DNA from: a virus
Lineage: Duplodnaviria > Heunggongvirae > Uroviricota > Caudoviricetes
Length of the DNA stretch: 36,127 bases
Direction: 5' to 3' (one strand)
IMG/VR virus record: IMGVR_UViG_2627854066_000004
Coordinates: 1 to 36,127 of that record
A program made the position numbers and the translations under genes. The notes below the pieces were generated by a model, which did no database searches, was not told the origin of the DNA, and saw nothing but the letters and a program-made list of their open reading frames with translations. Shown here piece by piece: positions 18,628 through 27,568 of the stretch (position 1 is its first letter; every line of letters begins with the position of its first letter).

Positions 18628-19031
18628 AGCTCTGGCCCACGCTGGGCGTCGCTTTCCTTCTGATTGCCGCATGGGGAACATCCATGCGTCTGTCGTGGTC
18701 GCTGGGCCGGGAGAACGCCAGAAACGAAGCGCAGGCCAGCGCCCTGAAAAGTACCGTCGACACCCTGAATATCATCAGCACCGGGGTACAGGATATGCAG
18801 CAGGTGCTGGCGCAACTCCGCGTGGAAAATCAACAGCGAAATCAGGACGGAGAGGCCAGACGTGAACAGCTACGCAACGATATTGCAAAAGATGAATGCG
18901 CCCACGCTTTGCCTGACGCTCGTTTTACTGACAGGTTGCGCAGGCACGCAGAACGCGCCACGGCCAGCGCCGTCAGTCCGGCTTATACCGCAGACGCTGA
19001 CCATACCAGTAATGCCTCCCCCCTTCCCTGA
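18624..19031 (+). CDS. i-spanin (Rz/LysB-like)
   Basis: 136 aa; N-terminal TM segment LWPTLGVAFLLIAAWG followed by a charged coiled region. Confidence 0.6.
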   Translation: MKLWPTLGVAFLLIAAWGTSMRLSWSLGRENARNEAQASALKSTVDTLNIISTGVQDMQQVLAQLRVENQQRNQDGEARREQLRNDIAKDECAHALPDARFTDRLRRHAERATASAVSPAYTADADHTSNASPLP

Positions 19032-19182
19032 TACTCCCACATGGGGAAATCTCGGTATATGGGGCGACCGCCTTCTGGATGCACTGGAAACCTGTAACGC
19101 GGATAAACGGGCCATTGAATTACTGGAACAGCGCAGACTGCAACGACTGAACAACGAGGACAACAACCATGCTGAAAACTGA
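18892..19182 (+). CDS. o-spanin lipoprotein (Rz1/LysC-like), starting in the +1 frame inside the i-spanin gene
   Basis: Signal peptide with lipobox LLTGC (MNAPTLCLTLVLLTGCAG); proline-rich mature part. An alternative GTG start lies at 18862. Confidence 0.6.
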   Translation: MNAPTLCLTLVLLTGCAGTQNAPRPAPSVRLIPQTLTIPVMPPPFPDTPTWGNLGIWGDRLLDALETCNADKRAIELLEQRRLQRLNNEDNNHAEN

Positions 19183-19636
19183 TTCCCTGCGTGAAGCCAT
19201 GACCCGTTCATGCCGATGGTGTCAGGCCAACCCGGAAAAATTCACCATTTTCGTGGAGAGCGGCAACATTGAAACGACCGGAGAAACGCCCTCGTTTGTT
19301 TACCACTATCAGATGGTGATGTTTGTCATGGATTACGCCGGGGAGCTGGACGACCTCACGCTGCCGCTGCTGGCGTGGTTATCCGAAAATCAGCCACAGT
19401 TGTTGCTCAACCCTGAGCGTAATCAGGACATCAAATTCTCCGCCGTTATCAATGACGATGACAGCGCCGATCTCCTGTTTACGCTCCCCCTGCGGGAACG
19501 CGTTCGCATCACGCGCAGCAGTCAGGGCACACCGCAGGCAGAACACCTGCCGGAGCCAAAACCCCGCCTGCCATCTTCCGAAGGCGACTGGTCGCATGTA
19601 TTCCAGGATGTGACGTGGGGTGAAAGCGATGGATAA
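19169..19636 (+). CDS. R: tail completion protein, P2 gpR family
   Basis: 155 aa, the same length as P2 R. Confidence 0.8.
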   Translation: MLKTDSLREAMTRSCRWCQANPEKFTIFVESGNIETTGETPSFVYHYQMVMFVMDYAGELDDLTLPLLAWLSENQPQLLLNPERNQDIKFSAVINDDDSADLLFTLPLRERVRITRSSQGTPQAEHLPEPKPRLPSSEGDWSHVFQDVTWGESDG

Positions 19637-20264
19637 GGCATTCACCCGCGTGGATGAAACCTTTGAGGCCATCCGCGACAGCCTGAATCAGCAGGCCATC
19701 AATAACATCGCCAGAAAGCTGGCACAGGATTTACGCCGCGCCCAGCAGGCGCGTATCCGGTCACAGAAAGCGCCGGACGGGACCGCGTGGACACCACGCA
19801 GACGCCGCGTAACCCGGATACAGGAGCGCATTCGCTTTATCTGGAATAACGAAGCACGCACGCTGAAAAACTGGCATCACGACACGGGGAAATACGGGCG
19901 AACCATTACCGGGTGGGATGAGGATAAAAATAATATCCGCACGTTTTACCGGGATGACATCGACCGTTTTCTGGAAATACGCACCCGGCGCATCAACCAG
20001 GACAGCACAAAGCGCGTCCCCATGTTCGTAAAACTGCGCACCGCCCGCTACCTGAAAGCCCGTGCAGATGCTTCCGGTGTGACGGTGGGTTACAGCGGCG
20101 TGGCCGCACGTATTGCCCGCGTTCATCAGTTCGGTGAGCGCGATCAGGTTGCGCCGGGCATTTTCACCGATTACCCGGTACGTGAGCTGTTGGGTATCAG
20201 CCAGGCAGATGAGCGCCTGATTTATAACACGGTGCTGGGCCGGATTGCGGAGGCTGTACGGTGA
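19629..20264 (+). CDS. S: tail completion / virion morphogenesis protein, P2 gpS family
   Basis: About 211 aa; start may be the GTG at 19620 or the ATG at 19629. Confidence 0.7.
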   Translation: MDKAFTRVDETFEAIRDSLNQQAINNIARKLAQDLRRAQQARIRSQKAPDGTAWTPRRRRVTRIQERIRFIWNNEARTLKNWHHDTGKYGRTITGWDEDKNNIRTFYRDDIDRFLEIRTRRINQDSTKRVPMFVKLRTARYLKARADASGVTVGYSGVAARIARVHQFGERDQVAPGIFTDYPVRELLGISQADERLIYNTVLGRIAEAVR

Positions 20265-20842
20265 GCGCAGAACTCATGCGACTGCTGAGCAATATCATCC
20301 GCACCGGGATCATCTCTGAAGTTGATGAGAAGTCCTGGCGCGTGCGCGTTCGCAGCGGCGAACTGGAAACAGGCTGGCTGCGCTGGAACACCACGCGCGC
20401 GGGAGCCTTCAATGTGTGGCTGCCGCCATCACCAGGCGAACAGGTGGTAATTGCCTGCATTGGCGGCAACCCGGAAACCGCCATGATAATTGGCAGCCTG
20501 TGGAGTGATGCCAATCCGGCACCCGGCAAAAGCCTGAAAGAAATCGTGATCAGCGCGCCGGACGGCGCGGTGTTCCGCTACGACGCGGACGCTGGCGCAC
20601 TGAGCGCCAGCGGCATGAAAACGGCCACTTTACAGGCATCCGTCAGCGTGAAACTGGATACGCCCGTCGTGGAATGCACAAACCTTCTGAGAACGGCGAC
20701 GCTTGACGTCACAAAAGGAGGAAAGATGAGCGGCAATATCACGCACAGCGGCGGCAACTTCACCTCAAACGGCATTACCGTGCATACGCATAAACACGGT
20801 GGCGTGAAAGGCGGCAGCGATTCGACAGGAGGCCCGCAGTGA
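20261..20842 (+). CDS. V: baseplate spike/assembly protein, P2 gpV family
   Basis: 193 aa from a GTG start with stop/start overlap. Confidence 0.8.
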   Translation: MSAELMRLLSNIIRTGIISEVDEKSWRVRVRSGELETGWLRWNTTRAGAFNVWLPPSPGEQVVIACIGGNPETAMIIGSLWSDANPAPGKSLKEIVISAPDGAVFRYDADAGALSASGMKTATLQASVSVKLDTPVVECTNLLRTATLDVTKGGKMSGNITHSGGNFTSNGITVHTHKHGGVKGGSDSTGGPQ

Positions 20843-21189
20843 CAACCCGCTACACAGGAATGAATCCGGACGGGACGGGAAACCTGAACGATATGGAGCA
20901 CCTGAAACAGTCAGTCAGGGATATCCTGACCACCCCGCTGGCAAGCCGGGTTATGCGACGGGAATATGGCAGCCTTGTGCCTGATTTGATTGACGAACCC
21001 ATGAATAACACCACGCGTCTGCAATGCATGAGTGCTGCCGTGATTGCGCTGACACGATGGGAACCCCGCATTGCCCTGGATGCCATCGACGTTGTCTGGA
21101 AAGCGGGAGGCCGCGCCGGGGTGACGCTGTCGGGCACTGTCATGCAGACCATGCAAAATGTTGAATTAACCATCACGCTGAGGGAGTAA
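20839..21189 (+). CDS. W: baseplate wedge protein, P2 gpW family
   Basis: 116 aa between V and J. Confidence 0.8.
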   Translation: MTTRYTGMNPDGTGNLNDMEHLKQSVRDILTTPLASRVMRREYGSLVPDLIDEPMNNTTRLQCMSAAVIALTRWEPRIALDAIDVVWKAGGRAGVTLSGTVMQTMQNVELTITLRE

Positions 21190-21192
21190 ATC

Positions 21193-22088
21193 ATGCCTGC
21201 CGTTGACCTTTCCCAGTTACCGGAACCCGCCATCATCGCGGAGCCTGACTTTGAGGCAATTCTGGCTGACACAAAGGCCATGATGATTGCGGCTTATCCC
21301 GCCGAACAGCGTGAAGCCGTCTCCGCCGCGCTGGAGCTGGAATCGGAACCCCTGAACGTTATCGCCCAGACAACAGCGTTTCGTGAAATGCTGTTACGCC
21401 AGCGGGTCAATGAGGGGGCACGCGCCTGCATGTTAAGCCACAGCGCCGGGACAGACCTGGACAACCTCGCGGGCAATATGAACACAAAGCGCCTGACCAT
21501 CACTCCGGCAACGGATACCACCGACGCGGTGATGGAGAGCGACACCTCGCTGAGACTGCGGGCGCAGCGGGCGTACGACGGCCTGAGTGTTGCTGGCCCG
21601 TCAGGTGCATACGAGTATTTTGCCCGCAGCGCCAGCGGTCTGGTGCGTGATGCGCGGGCTATCAGCCCGTCTCCGGCAAATGTGACGGTTTCCATCCTGT
21701 CCACTGAGGGCGACGGCACAGCAACGGAGGCGTTGCTTAATACCGTTCGCGCCGTTCTGAATGCAGAGGATACCCGCCCGGTGGCCGACCGCCTGACCGT
21801 ACAGAGCGCCAGAATCGTGACATGGCGGCTGAATGCAAAACTGTACTTTTACCCGGCCCGGAATCCGAACCTATTCTGGCCGCGGCTGAATCGTCGTTCA
21901 GGAAGTGGCTGGCTGAGCAGGGGCTTATCGGTCAGGACGTGGCGTTGTCCGCCATTGCTGCCGCACTGCATGTGCACGGTGTGCAACGCGTGGAGATAAT
22001 CGAACCCACACAGAATATGACCATCAGCGACATACAGGCGGCGCGCTGTGAGTCATTCACCATCAGCGAAGGTGGACGCAATGAGTAA
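21193..22088 (+). pseudogene. J: baseplate protein (P2 gpJ family), interrupted by an apparent 1-nt deletion
   Basis: ORF 21193-21999 loses its protein-like character after ...LYFYP, while the frame of ORF 21822-22088 continues with GPESEPILAAAE... The sequence reads CCCGGCCCGG at 21852-21861 where CCCGGGCCCGG would restore the frame. Confidence 0.75.
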
Positions 22089-22689
22089 TTCACTGTTACC
22101 ACCATCAGCCAGCAATTTCATGCGTTGTGCCGAAGCCGTCGGAACACGCATTACAGACATTCCGGTAGACCTCAACACGCTGTGGTCGCCGGACACCTGC
22201 CCGGTGCATCTGCTGCCTTATCTCGCCTGGGCGTTTTCCGTTGACCGCTGGGATCGCAACTGGCCGGAAGAGACAAAGCGACAGGTAATTCGTGATGCAT
22301 GGCTGATACACCGACACAAAGGGACCATCAGCGCACTGCGAAGAGCCGTGGAGCCTCTCGGCTACCTGATTGAAGTAAAGGAGTGGTGGCAACTCAACGA
22401 GGAGCCAGGAACATTTCGCATTGTTGTCGGAGTACTTGATCAGGGCATCACCGATGAAATGTATCAGGAACTTGAGCGCCTTATTGCGGATGCAAAACCA
22501 GTAAGTCGCCATCTGACGGGGCTGGCGATCAGCCTGAGTGTGAACGGAAAGATTTTCGTTGGTACGGGATGCTATCACGGCGATGCCCTGACGGTTTATC
22601 CCTACACCCCGGAGTCCATTATTGTCGAAGGGGATTATTTCCCTGCCCCGGCCATTCATTTAATTGATAATCTGAGAGTAAACGCATGA
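22081..22689 (+). CDS. I: baseplate protein, P2 gpI family
   Basis: 202 aa from ATG 22081, overlapping the J stop. Confidence 0.8.
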   Translation: MSNSLLPPSASNFMRCAEAVGTRITDIPVDLNTLWSPDTCPVHLLPYLAWAFSVDRWDRNWPEETKRQVIRDAWLIHRHKGTISALRRAVEPLGYLIEVKEWWQLNEEPGTFRIVVGVLDQGITDEMYQELERLIADAKPVSRHLTGLAISLSVNGKIFVGTGCYHGDALTVYPYTPESIIVEGDYFPAPAIHLIDNLRVNA

Positions 22690-24299
22690 CAGTGAAATAC
22701 TACGCCATTCTGACTAATCAGGGCGCAGCACGACTGGCTAACGCGACGATGCTCGGCAGTAAGCTGAATCTGACGCAAATGGCCGTTGGTGATGCAAATG
22801 GTGTGTTACCAACACCAGACCCTGCACAAACAAAACTGATTAACCAGAAACGCATTGCACCGCTGAATCTTCTGAGTGTTGACCCTAACAATCAGAGCCA
22901 GATTATTGCGGAGCAAATCATCCCTGAAAACGAGGGAGGATTCTGGATCCGTGAGATTGGTCTTTATGATGATGAAGGTGTACTCATTGCGGTGGCAAAC
23001 TGCCCGGAAACGTACAAACCGCAGTTGCAGGAAGGCAGTGGACGCACCCAGACTATCCGCATGATTCTGGTTGTCACGAACACCGAAGCCATCACGCTGA
23101 AAATCGACCCGTCTGTGGTTCTGGCAACCCGCAAATATGTGGATGATAAAATCTCAGAGCACGAACAGTCACGACGTCACCCAGACGCCTCGCTGACCGT
23201 AAAAGGTTTTACTCAGTTAAGCAGTGCAATTAACAGTGAATCAGAAACACTGGCCGCAACACCGAAAGCGGTTAAGGCTGCATATGACCTGGCTAACGAG
23301 AAATATACCGCCCAGAACGCCACCACTACACAAAAAGGGATTGTTCAGCTCAGTAGCGCCACGAACAGCACGTCTGAAACACTGGCAGCGACACCAAAAG
23401 CTGTTAAGGCGGTAATGGATGAAACGAACAAGAAAGCACCATTAAACAGCCCGGCACTGACCGGAACGCCAACAACACCAACAGCGGCACAGGGGACTAA
23501 TAGTACCCAGATCGCAAGCACGGCTTTCGTTATGGCCGCGATTGCCGCACTTGTAGACTCGTCACCTGATGCACTGAACACGCTGAACGAACTGGCTGCG
23601 GCGCTGGGCAATGACCCGAATTTTGCGACCACCATGACTAACGCGCTTGCGGGTAAGCAACCGAAGGATGCCACCCTGACGGCGCTGGCGGAGCTTGCTA
23701 CATCAGCAGATAAACTCCCATATTTTACAGGGGCAGATCGTGCCGCGTTAACCGCGTTGACAAGTGTTGGACGTGCCATTCTTGGCAAAACCAGCACTCA
23801 GGGAGTTCTTGATTACCTTGGTTTAGGAGAAGGCTCTGCACTGCCCGTTGGTGTGCCCGTTCCGTGGCCCTTAGCAACACCACCAACGGGCTGGCTGAAA
23901 TGTAACGGTGCAGCATTTTCTTCTGAAATGTACCCCAATCTGGCAAAAGCCTACCCCACCAATAAATTACCGGATTTACGGGGCGAATTTATTCGTGGCT
24001 GGGATGATGGGCGAGGAATTGATGCAGCACGCGCTTTATTGAGCATTCAAACCGGGATGTTGGAAAAACACCGCCATATTGTTGTAGCTAACGATGGATA
24101 TGACACAAAGGATGAATGGGAGTTGGCCACGATTTTCAAAAAAACATATACACAAGGCAGGGGGCTTGATGCCACAAATACAGGAGGGAGTTTGATTCCA
24201 TCACCAACGCTTCATTCACGAGGAAGTATTGGTAACACAGGTGGTAGTGAAACCCGCCCCCGCAATATTGCATTTAACTATATCGTGAGGGCGGCTTAG
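22686..24299 (+). CDS. H: tail fibre protein, P2 gpH / Mu S family, with a constant N-terminal part and an exchangeable C-terminal segment
   Basis: 537 aa; the C-terminal part from ...LGLGEGSALPVGVPVPWP... onward is shared at its start with three inverted downstream cassettes; conserved C-terminus RPRNIAFNYIVRAA. Confidence 0.85.
   Translation: MTVKYYAILTNQGAARLANATMLGSKLNLTQMAVGDANGVLPTPDPAQTKLINQKRIAPLNLLSVDPNNQSQIIAEQIIPENEGGFWIREIGLYDDEGVLIAVANCPETYKPQLQEGSGRTQTIRMILVVTNTEAITLKIDPSVVLATRKYVDDKISEHEQSRRHPDASLTVKGFTQLSSAINSESETLAATPKAVKAAYDLANEKYTAQNATTTQKGIVQLSSATNSTSETLAATPKAVKAVMDETNKKAPLNSPALTGTPTTPTAAQGTNSTQIASTAFVMAAIAALVDSSPDALNTLNELAAALGNDPNFATTMTNALAGKQPKDATLTALAELATSADKLPYFTGADRAALTALTSVGRAILGKTSTQGVLDYLGLGEGSALPVGVPVPWPLATPPTGWLKCNGAAFSSEMYPNLAKAYPTNKLPDLRGEFIRGWDDGRGIDAARALLSIQTGMLEKHRHIVVANDGYDTKDEWELATIFKKTYTQGRGLDATNTGGSLIPSPTLHSRGSIGNTGGSETRPRNIAFNYIVRAA
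23806..23831 (+). repeat. recombination site for the DNA invertase (gix/hix-like) inside H
   Basis: TTCTTGATTACC-TT-GGTTTAGGAGAA, 26 bp with a central TT dinucleotide and half-sites resembling Hin/Gin sites; the inner arm and about 200 bp downstream are repeated in inverted orientation at 25367-25392, 25884-25909 and 26362-26387. Confidence 0.6.
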
Positions 24300-24305
24300 T
24301 TATAT

Positions 24306-24917
24306 TCAACTGGCTGCTGCCAGTGGTATTTCCGGCAAGTTGATATCTGGTGCCATGTTTATATCCATTGCGTTCAGCGCGTCTATATAATCCAGCACGG
24401 CGTTAAGCCGGGTGGTTTCTGCCTGCGTCAACTTCCGCCCGGCCTGCAACTTCAACTGAATCAGACTTATGGAAGCCATTGCCGCATCAGCCAGTGACTG
24501 GCGCTTGGTTTCTGCCGCTTCTACTGCGGCACTATGTTGTGCCTCAGTATCTGTCACCCATTTTTCACCATCCCATTTATCGTATGGTGTTGACGGGGAG
24601 ATAGTGGTTGTATTTTTCGGGTAGTCACCTAGCGTCGTGATTTCTTCGGTGTTTCCCGTGTCAGTGTTATAGACGGTTTCACCACGATGATCTGGCGTAT
24701 ACTCCCATGAATTTAAATTCTCCGAACGGCGGATAGCATAGCCCGCTTTATGTGCGCCCGGGGCATCTAAACAGGAATTTGCCGGAATACCGACACCCGC
24801 AGCAAGATATTCAGTTGATTCGGAAATATATTCCCGTGTCTCACCATCATAGTTATAAACGACGATGTTTCCTGCCTGTACGGCAATAAGGTCATCATTT
24901 AATATCGCGTTATTCAT
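24306..24917 (-). CDS. tail fibre assembly protein (P2 gpG / Mu U family)
   Basis: 203 aa on the minus strand, translationally coupled to cassette 1 and convergent with the current H C-terminus. Confidence 0.8.
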   Translation of the reverse strand: MNNAILNDDLIAVQAGNIVVYNYDGETREYISESTEYLAAGVGIPANSCLDAPGAHKAGYAIRRSENLNSWEYTPDHRGETVYNTDTGNTEEITTLGDYPKNTTTISPSTPYDKWDGEKWVTDTEAQHSAAVEAAETKRQSLADAAMASISLIQLKLQAGRKLTQAETTRLNAVLDYIDALNAMDINMAPDINLPEIPLAAAS

Positions 24918-25392
24918 TATGCGGTTCTCACAATATAATTGAAGGCAATATTGCGTGGGCGGGTTTCATTCCCCTCTGAGGATTCCGTTCTGTATTGACT
25001 GGTAAATCTACCGTTAATTGCACCTTGCCGGACGGCGTTATCTGTCGACAACAGACTATCCCCGCCTTTGTCATTTGGCACCAGTACCGTGTTATCCCAC
25101 GCATCCCATGACCGAATATTATGATAATGACTTCCTGTTAACCACCCCTGCATGCTTAAGATGACCCTTCCGGCATCCACCCCGCGCCCATCATCCCAGC
25201 CACGGATAAATTCACCGCGTAAGTCTGGTAATTTATTGGTGGGGTAAGCCATTGCCAGTCTGGGATACATTTCAGAAGAAAATGCTGCGCCGTTACATTT
25301 CAGCCACCCCGTTGGCGGCGTGGCTGAGGGCCATGGAACAGGTACACCAACGGGCAGTGCAGAGCCTTCCCCCAAACCAACGTTTTCATGCT
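24917..25392 (-). other. promoterless alternative tail-fibre C-terminal cassette 1 with its crossover site
   Basis: Minus-strand reading frame starting in the crossover sequence (GEGSALPVGVPVPWPSATPPTGWLKCNGAAFSSEMYP...) and ending ...NIAFNYIVRTA; no start codon or RBS of its own. Confidence 0.7.
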
Positions 25393-25909
25393 GCTCTTAC
25401 GATGTAATTAAACGCAATGTTGCGTGGGCGGTTTTCGTTTGCAGTTGGAACAATTCTTGAAGCATCAAGGCCAATCACTTTTGGGTAAACAGTGCCATCT
25501 GTTCTTTCAGTCACCATACTTCTGATTAAGGAGAAATAACTATTGTTCGTTGAGGGACTCAAAGGCACCACTGCCCCCTTAAATGAGCCTACTGATTCCC
25601 ATATTGAATAATTTTCGGTGTTTACAGTCTTGAACTCACCATAGATATTACGTATGGCATCACCTTGAGCGGATAATATTGTTCTCCCCGCATCCACACC
25701 ACGTCCGTCATCCCAACCACGGATAAATTCACCGCGTAAATCCGGTAATTTATTGGTGGGATAAGCCTTTGCCAGTTTTGGGTACTTTTCAGAAGAAAAT
25801 GCTGCTCCGTTGCATTTCAGCCATCCCGTTGGCGGTGTTTCTAAGGGCCACGGAACGGGTACACCAACGGGCAGTGCAGAGCCTTCCCCCAAACCAACGT
25901 TTTCATGCT
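25386..25909 (-). other. promoterless alternative tail-fibre C-terminal cassette 2 with its crossover site
   Basis: Same conserved 5' block and 3' end (...NIAFNYIVRAA) with a different middle; its stop codon lies inside the crossover site of cassette 1. Confidence 0.7.
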
Positions 25910-26387
25910 GCCCTTACGATGTAATTAAACGCAATGTTATGGGGGCGTGTTTCAGATGCTGTGCGAACTGAGCGAGAGGCGTCGAATGTCCATACAGAAG
26001 CACCATATCCTTCAATGATCTCAGTTGGTTGTAAGCCTACTGATAATATAGAGTCAGTTTGACTAAATGGTCCTGAATTAAGCGCATCTTTAAAAAGCTG
26101 AGTACGCCCAAAAGTGCCAACTATATTCTGAATAGCGTCAGACTGTGCAGACAGTAGGTTGCGCCCATTATCAACGCCCCGTCCGTCATCCCAGCCGCGA
26201 ATAAATTCGCCCCGTAAATCCGGTAATTTATTGGTGGGGTAGGCCTTTGCCAGATTGGGGTACATTTCAGAAGAAAATGCTGCGCCGTTACATTTCAGCC
26301 ACCCCGTTGGCAGCGTGGCTGAGGGCCATGGAACGGGCACACCAACGGGCAGCGCAGAGCCTTCCCCCAAACCAACGTTTTCGTCTT
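25903..26387 (-). other. promoterless alternative tail-fibre C-terminal cassette 3 with its crossover site
   Basis: Same conserved ends with a third variable middle; its crossover site 26362-26387 is next to the invertase gene. Confidence 0.7.
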
Positions 26388-26441
26388 TATCCCTACCTAT
26401 ACCAACTATGTATTTTTCACGAAACAAAAAGGATGTTTTTT

Positions 26442-27041
26442 ATGCAAATTGGCTATATTCGTGTGTCAACAAATGACCAGAACACGGATTTACAACGCAA
26501 TGCACTGAACTGCGCAGGATGTGAACTGATTTTTGAAGATAAAATCAGCGGAACGAAATCAGCCAGACCGGGATTGAAAAAACTGCTCAGAACGCTATCA
26601 GAAGGAGATACGCTGGTTGTCTGGAAGCTGGACAGACTGGGCAGAAGTATGAAACACCTGATCACGTTTATTGAGGAATTGCGGAAAAAAGGTGTTAATT
26701 TCCGTAGTCTGACGGACAGCATTGACACATCAACACCCATGGGGCGTTTCTTTTTTCACGTCATGGGGGCTTTAGCCGAAATGGAACGTGAATTAATTGT
26801 AGAGCGTACACTGGCCGGGCTGGCAGCAGCACGCGCACAAGGACGCATTGGCGGACGTCGCCCGAAGTTGACAAAAGAACAACACGAGCAAATAGCGAGG
26901 CTGATTAAAAACGGTCATGACAGGAAACAACTGGCGATCATTTACGACATCGGCATATCGACGATTTATCGTTATCACCCTGTAGGCGATATACAGGCTG
27001 AAGAAACAACCAGGCAGACTCAGGAAAATGAAAACCGCTAA
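26442..27041 (+). CDS. site-specific DNA invertase, serine recombinase of the Hin/Gin/Cin/Pin family
   Basis: 199 aa; N-terminus MQIGYIRVSTNDQNTDLQ with the catalytic Ser, and a C-terminal HTH (GISTIYRY); AAGGA RBS. Confidence 0.9.
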   Translation: MQIGYIRVSTNDQNTDLQRNALNCAGCELIFEDKISGTKSARPGLKKLLRTLSEGDTLVVWKLDRLGRSMKHLITFIEELRKKGVNFRSLTDSIDTSTPMGRFFFHVMGALAEMERELIVERTLAGLAAARAQGRIGGRRPKLTKEQHEQIARLIKNGHDRKQLAIIYDIGISTIYRYHPVGDIQAEETTRQTQENENR

Positions 27042-27059
27042 TCTGACCATTAGCGGTTT
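27032..27059. terminator. bidirectional stem-loop between the convergent invertase and U genes
   Basis: AAACCGCTA-N10-TAGCGGTTT with T-runs on both strands. Confidence 0.5.
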
Positions 27060-27067
27060 TGCGTTAA

Positions 27068-27562
27068 TCAAAACAGCCCTTTAACGGAGCTGGCCGCGCT
27101 GTTAAGGGATGATGTGACCTTATCTTTGAAGCCGGACAGCATATCACTGAACGATGAGGATTGCAGGCGCTCCCGCAAATCCTCATCACAGCGTTCAAGA
27201 GTCAGTGAAAATTCTATCTTTTTCGCCTTACCGTAGCGATCAAACTCGGAGCGGGTCGTATTCGTTTCAGTCAGTACATACATGCCGTAAATCTGCCCGA
27301 CACCATCAATCAGAGGCCAGGGGCGTCCTGTATATGCCTGCGTGGTCAGCAGCGAAAGCGACACTTCGCCACCTGTAATTTCAGGATAAAGCACGCCAGA
27401 AAGCACGATGCGATCATCACCTGCACCGATATACTGCCAGCTTGCTGAGCGGTTTACGCGCTCATTTTTCACATGCCGCCAGCTTTTGTTTTGCTGTAAC
27501 TGCTGATGCGGCAGTGTGCGCAGCTCAAAAACAAACATGCCGTAGATCATCATCATGGCCAT
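27068..27562 (-). CDS. U: tail protein, P2 gpU family
   Basis: 164 aa, last gene of the minus-strand tail block. Confidence 0.75.
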   Translation of the reverse strand: MAMMMIYGMFVFELRTLPHQQLQQNKSWRHVKNERVNRSASWQYIGAGDDRIVLSGVLYPEITGGEVSLSLLTTQAYTGRPWPLIDGVGQIYGMYVLTETNTTRSEFDRYGKAKKIEFSLTLERCDEDLRERLQSSSFSDMLSGFKDKVTSSLNSAASSVKGLF

Positions 27563-27568
27563 GACTCC

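Noticed and set aside
26247-26441. Apparent N-terminal extension of the invertase (six-frame ORF starting at 26247)
   Set aside because: The extension is a read-through of the cassette 3 crossover repeat in another frame; the RBS and the conserved serine-recombinase N-terminus begin at 26442.
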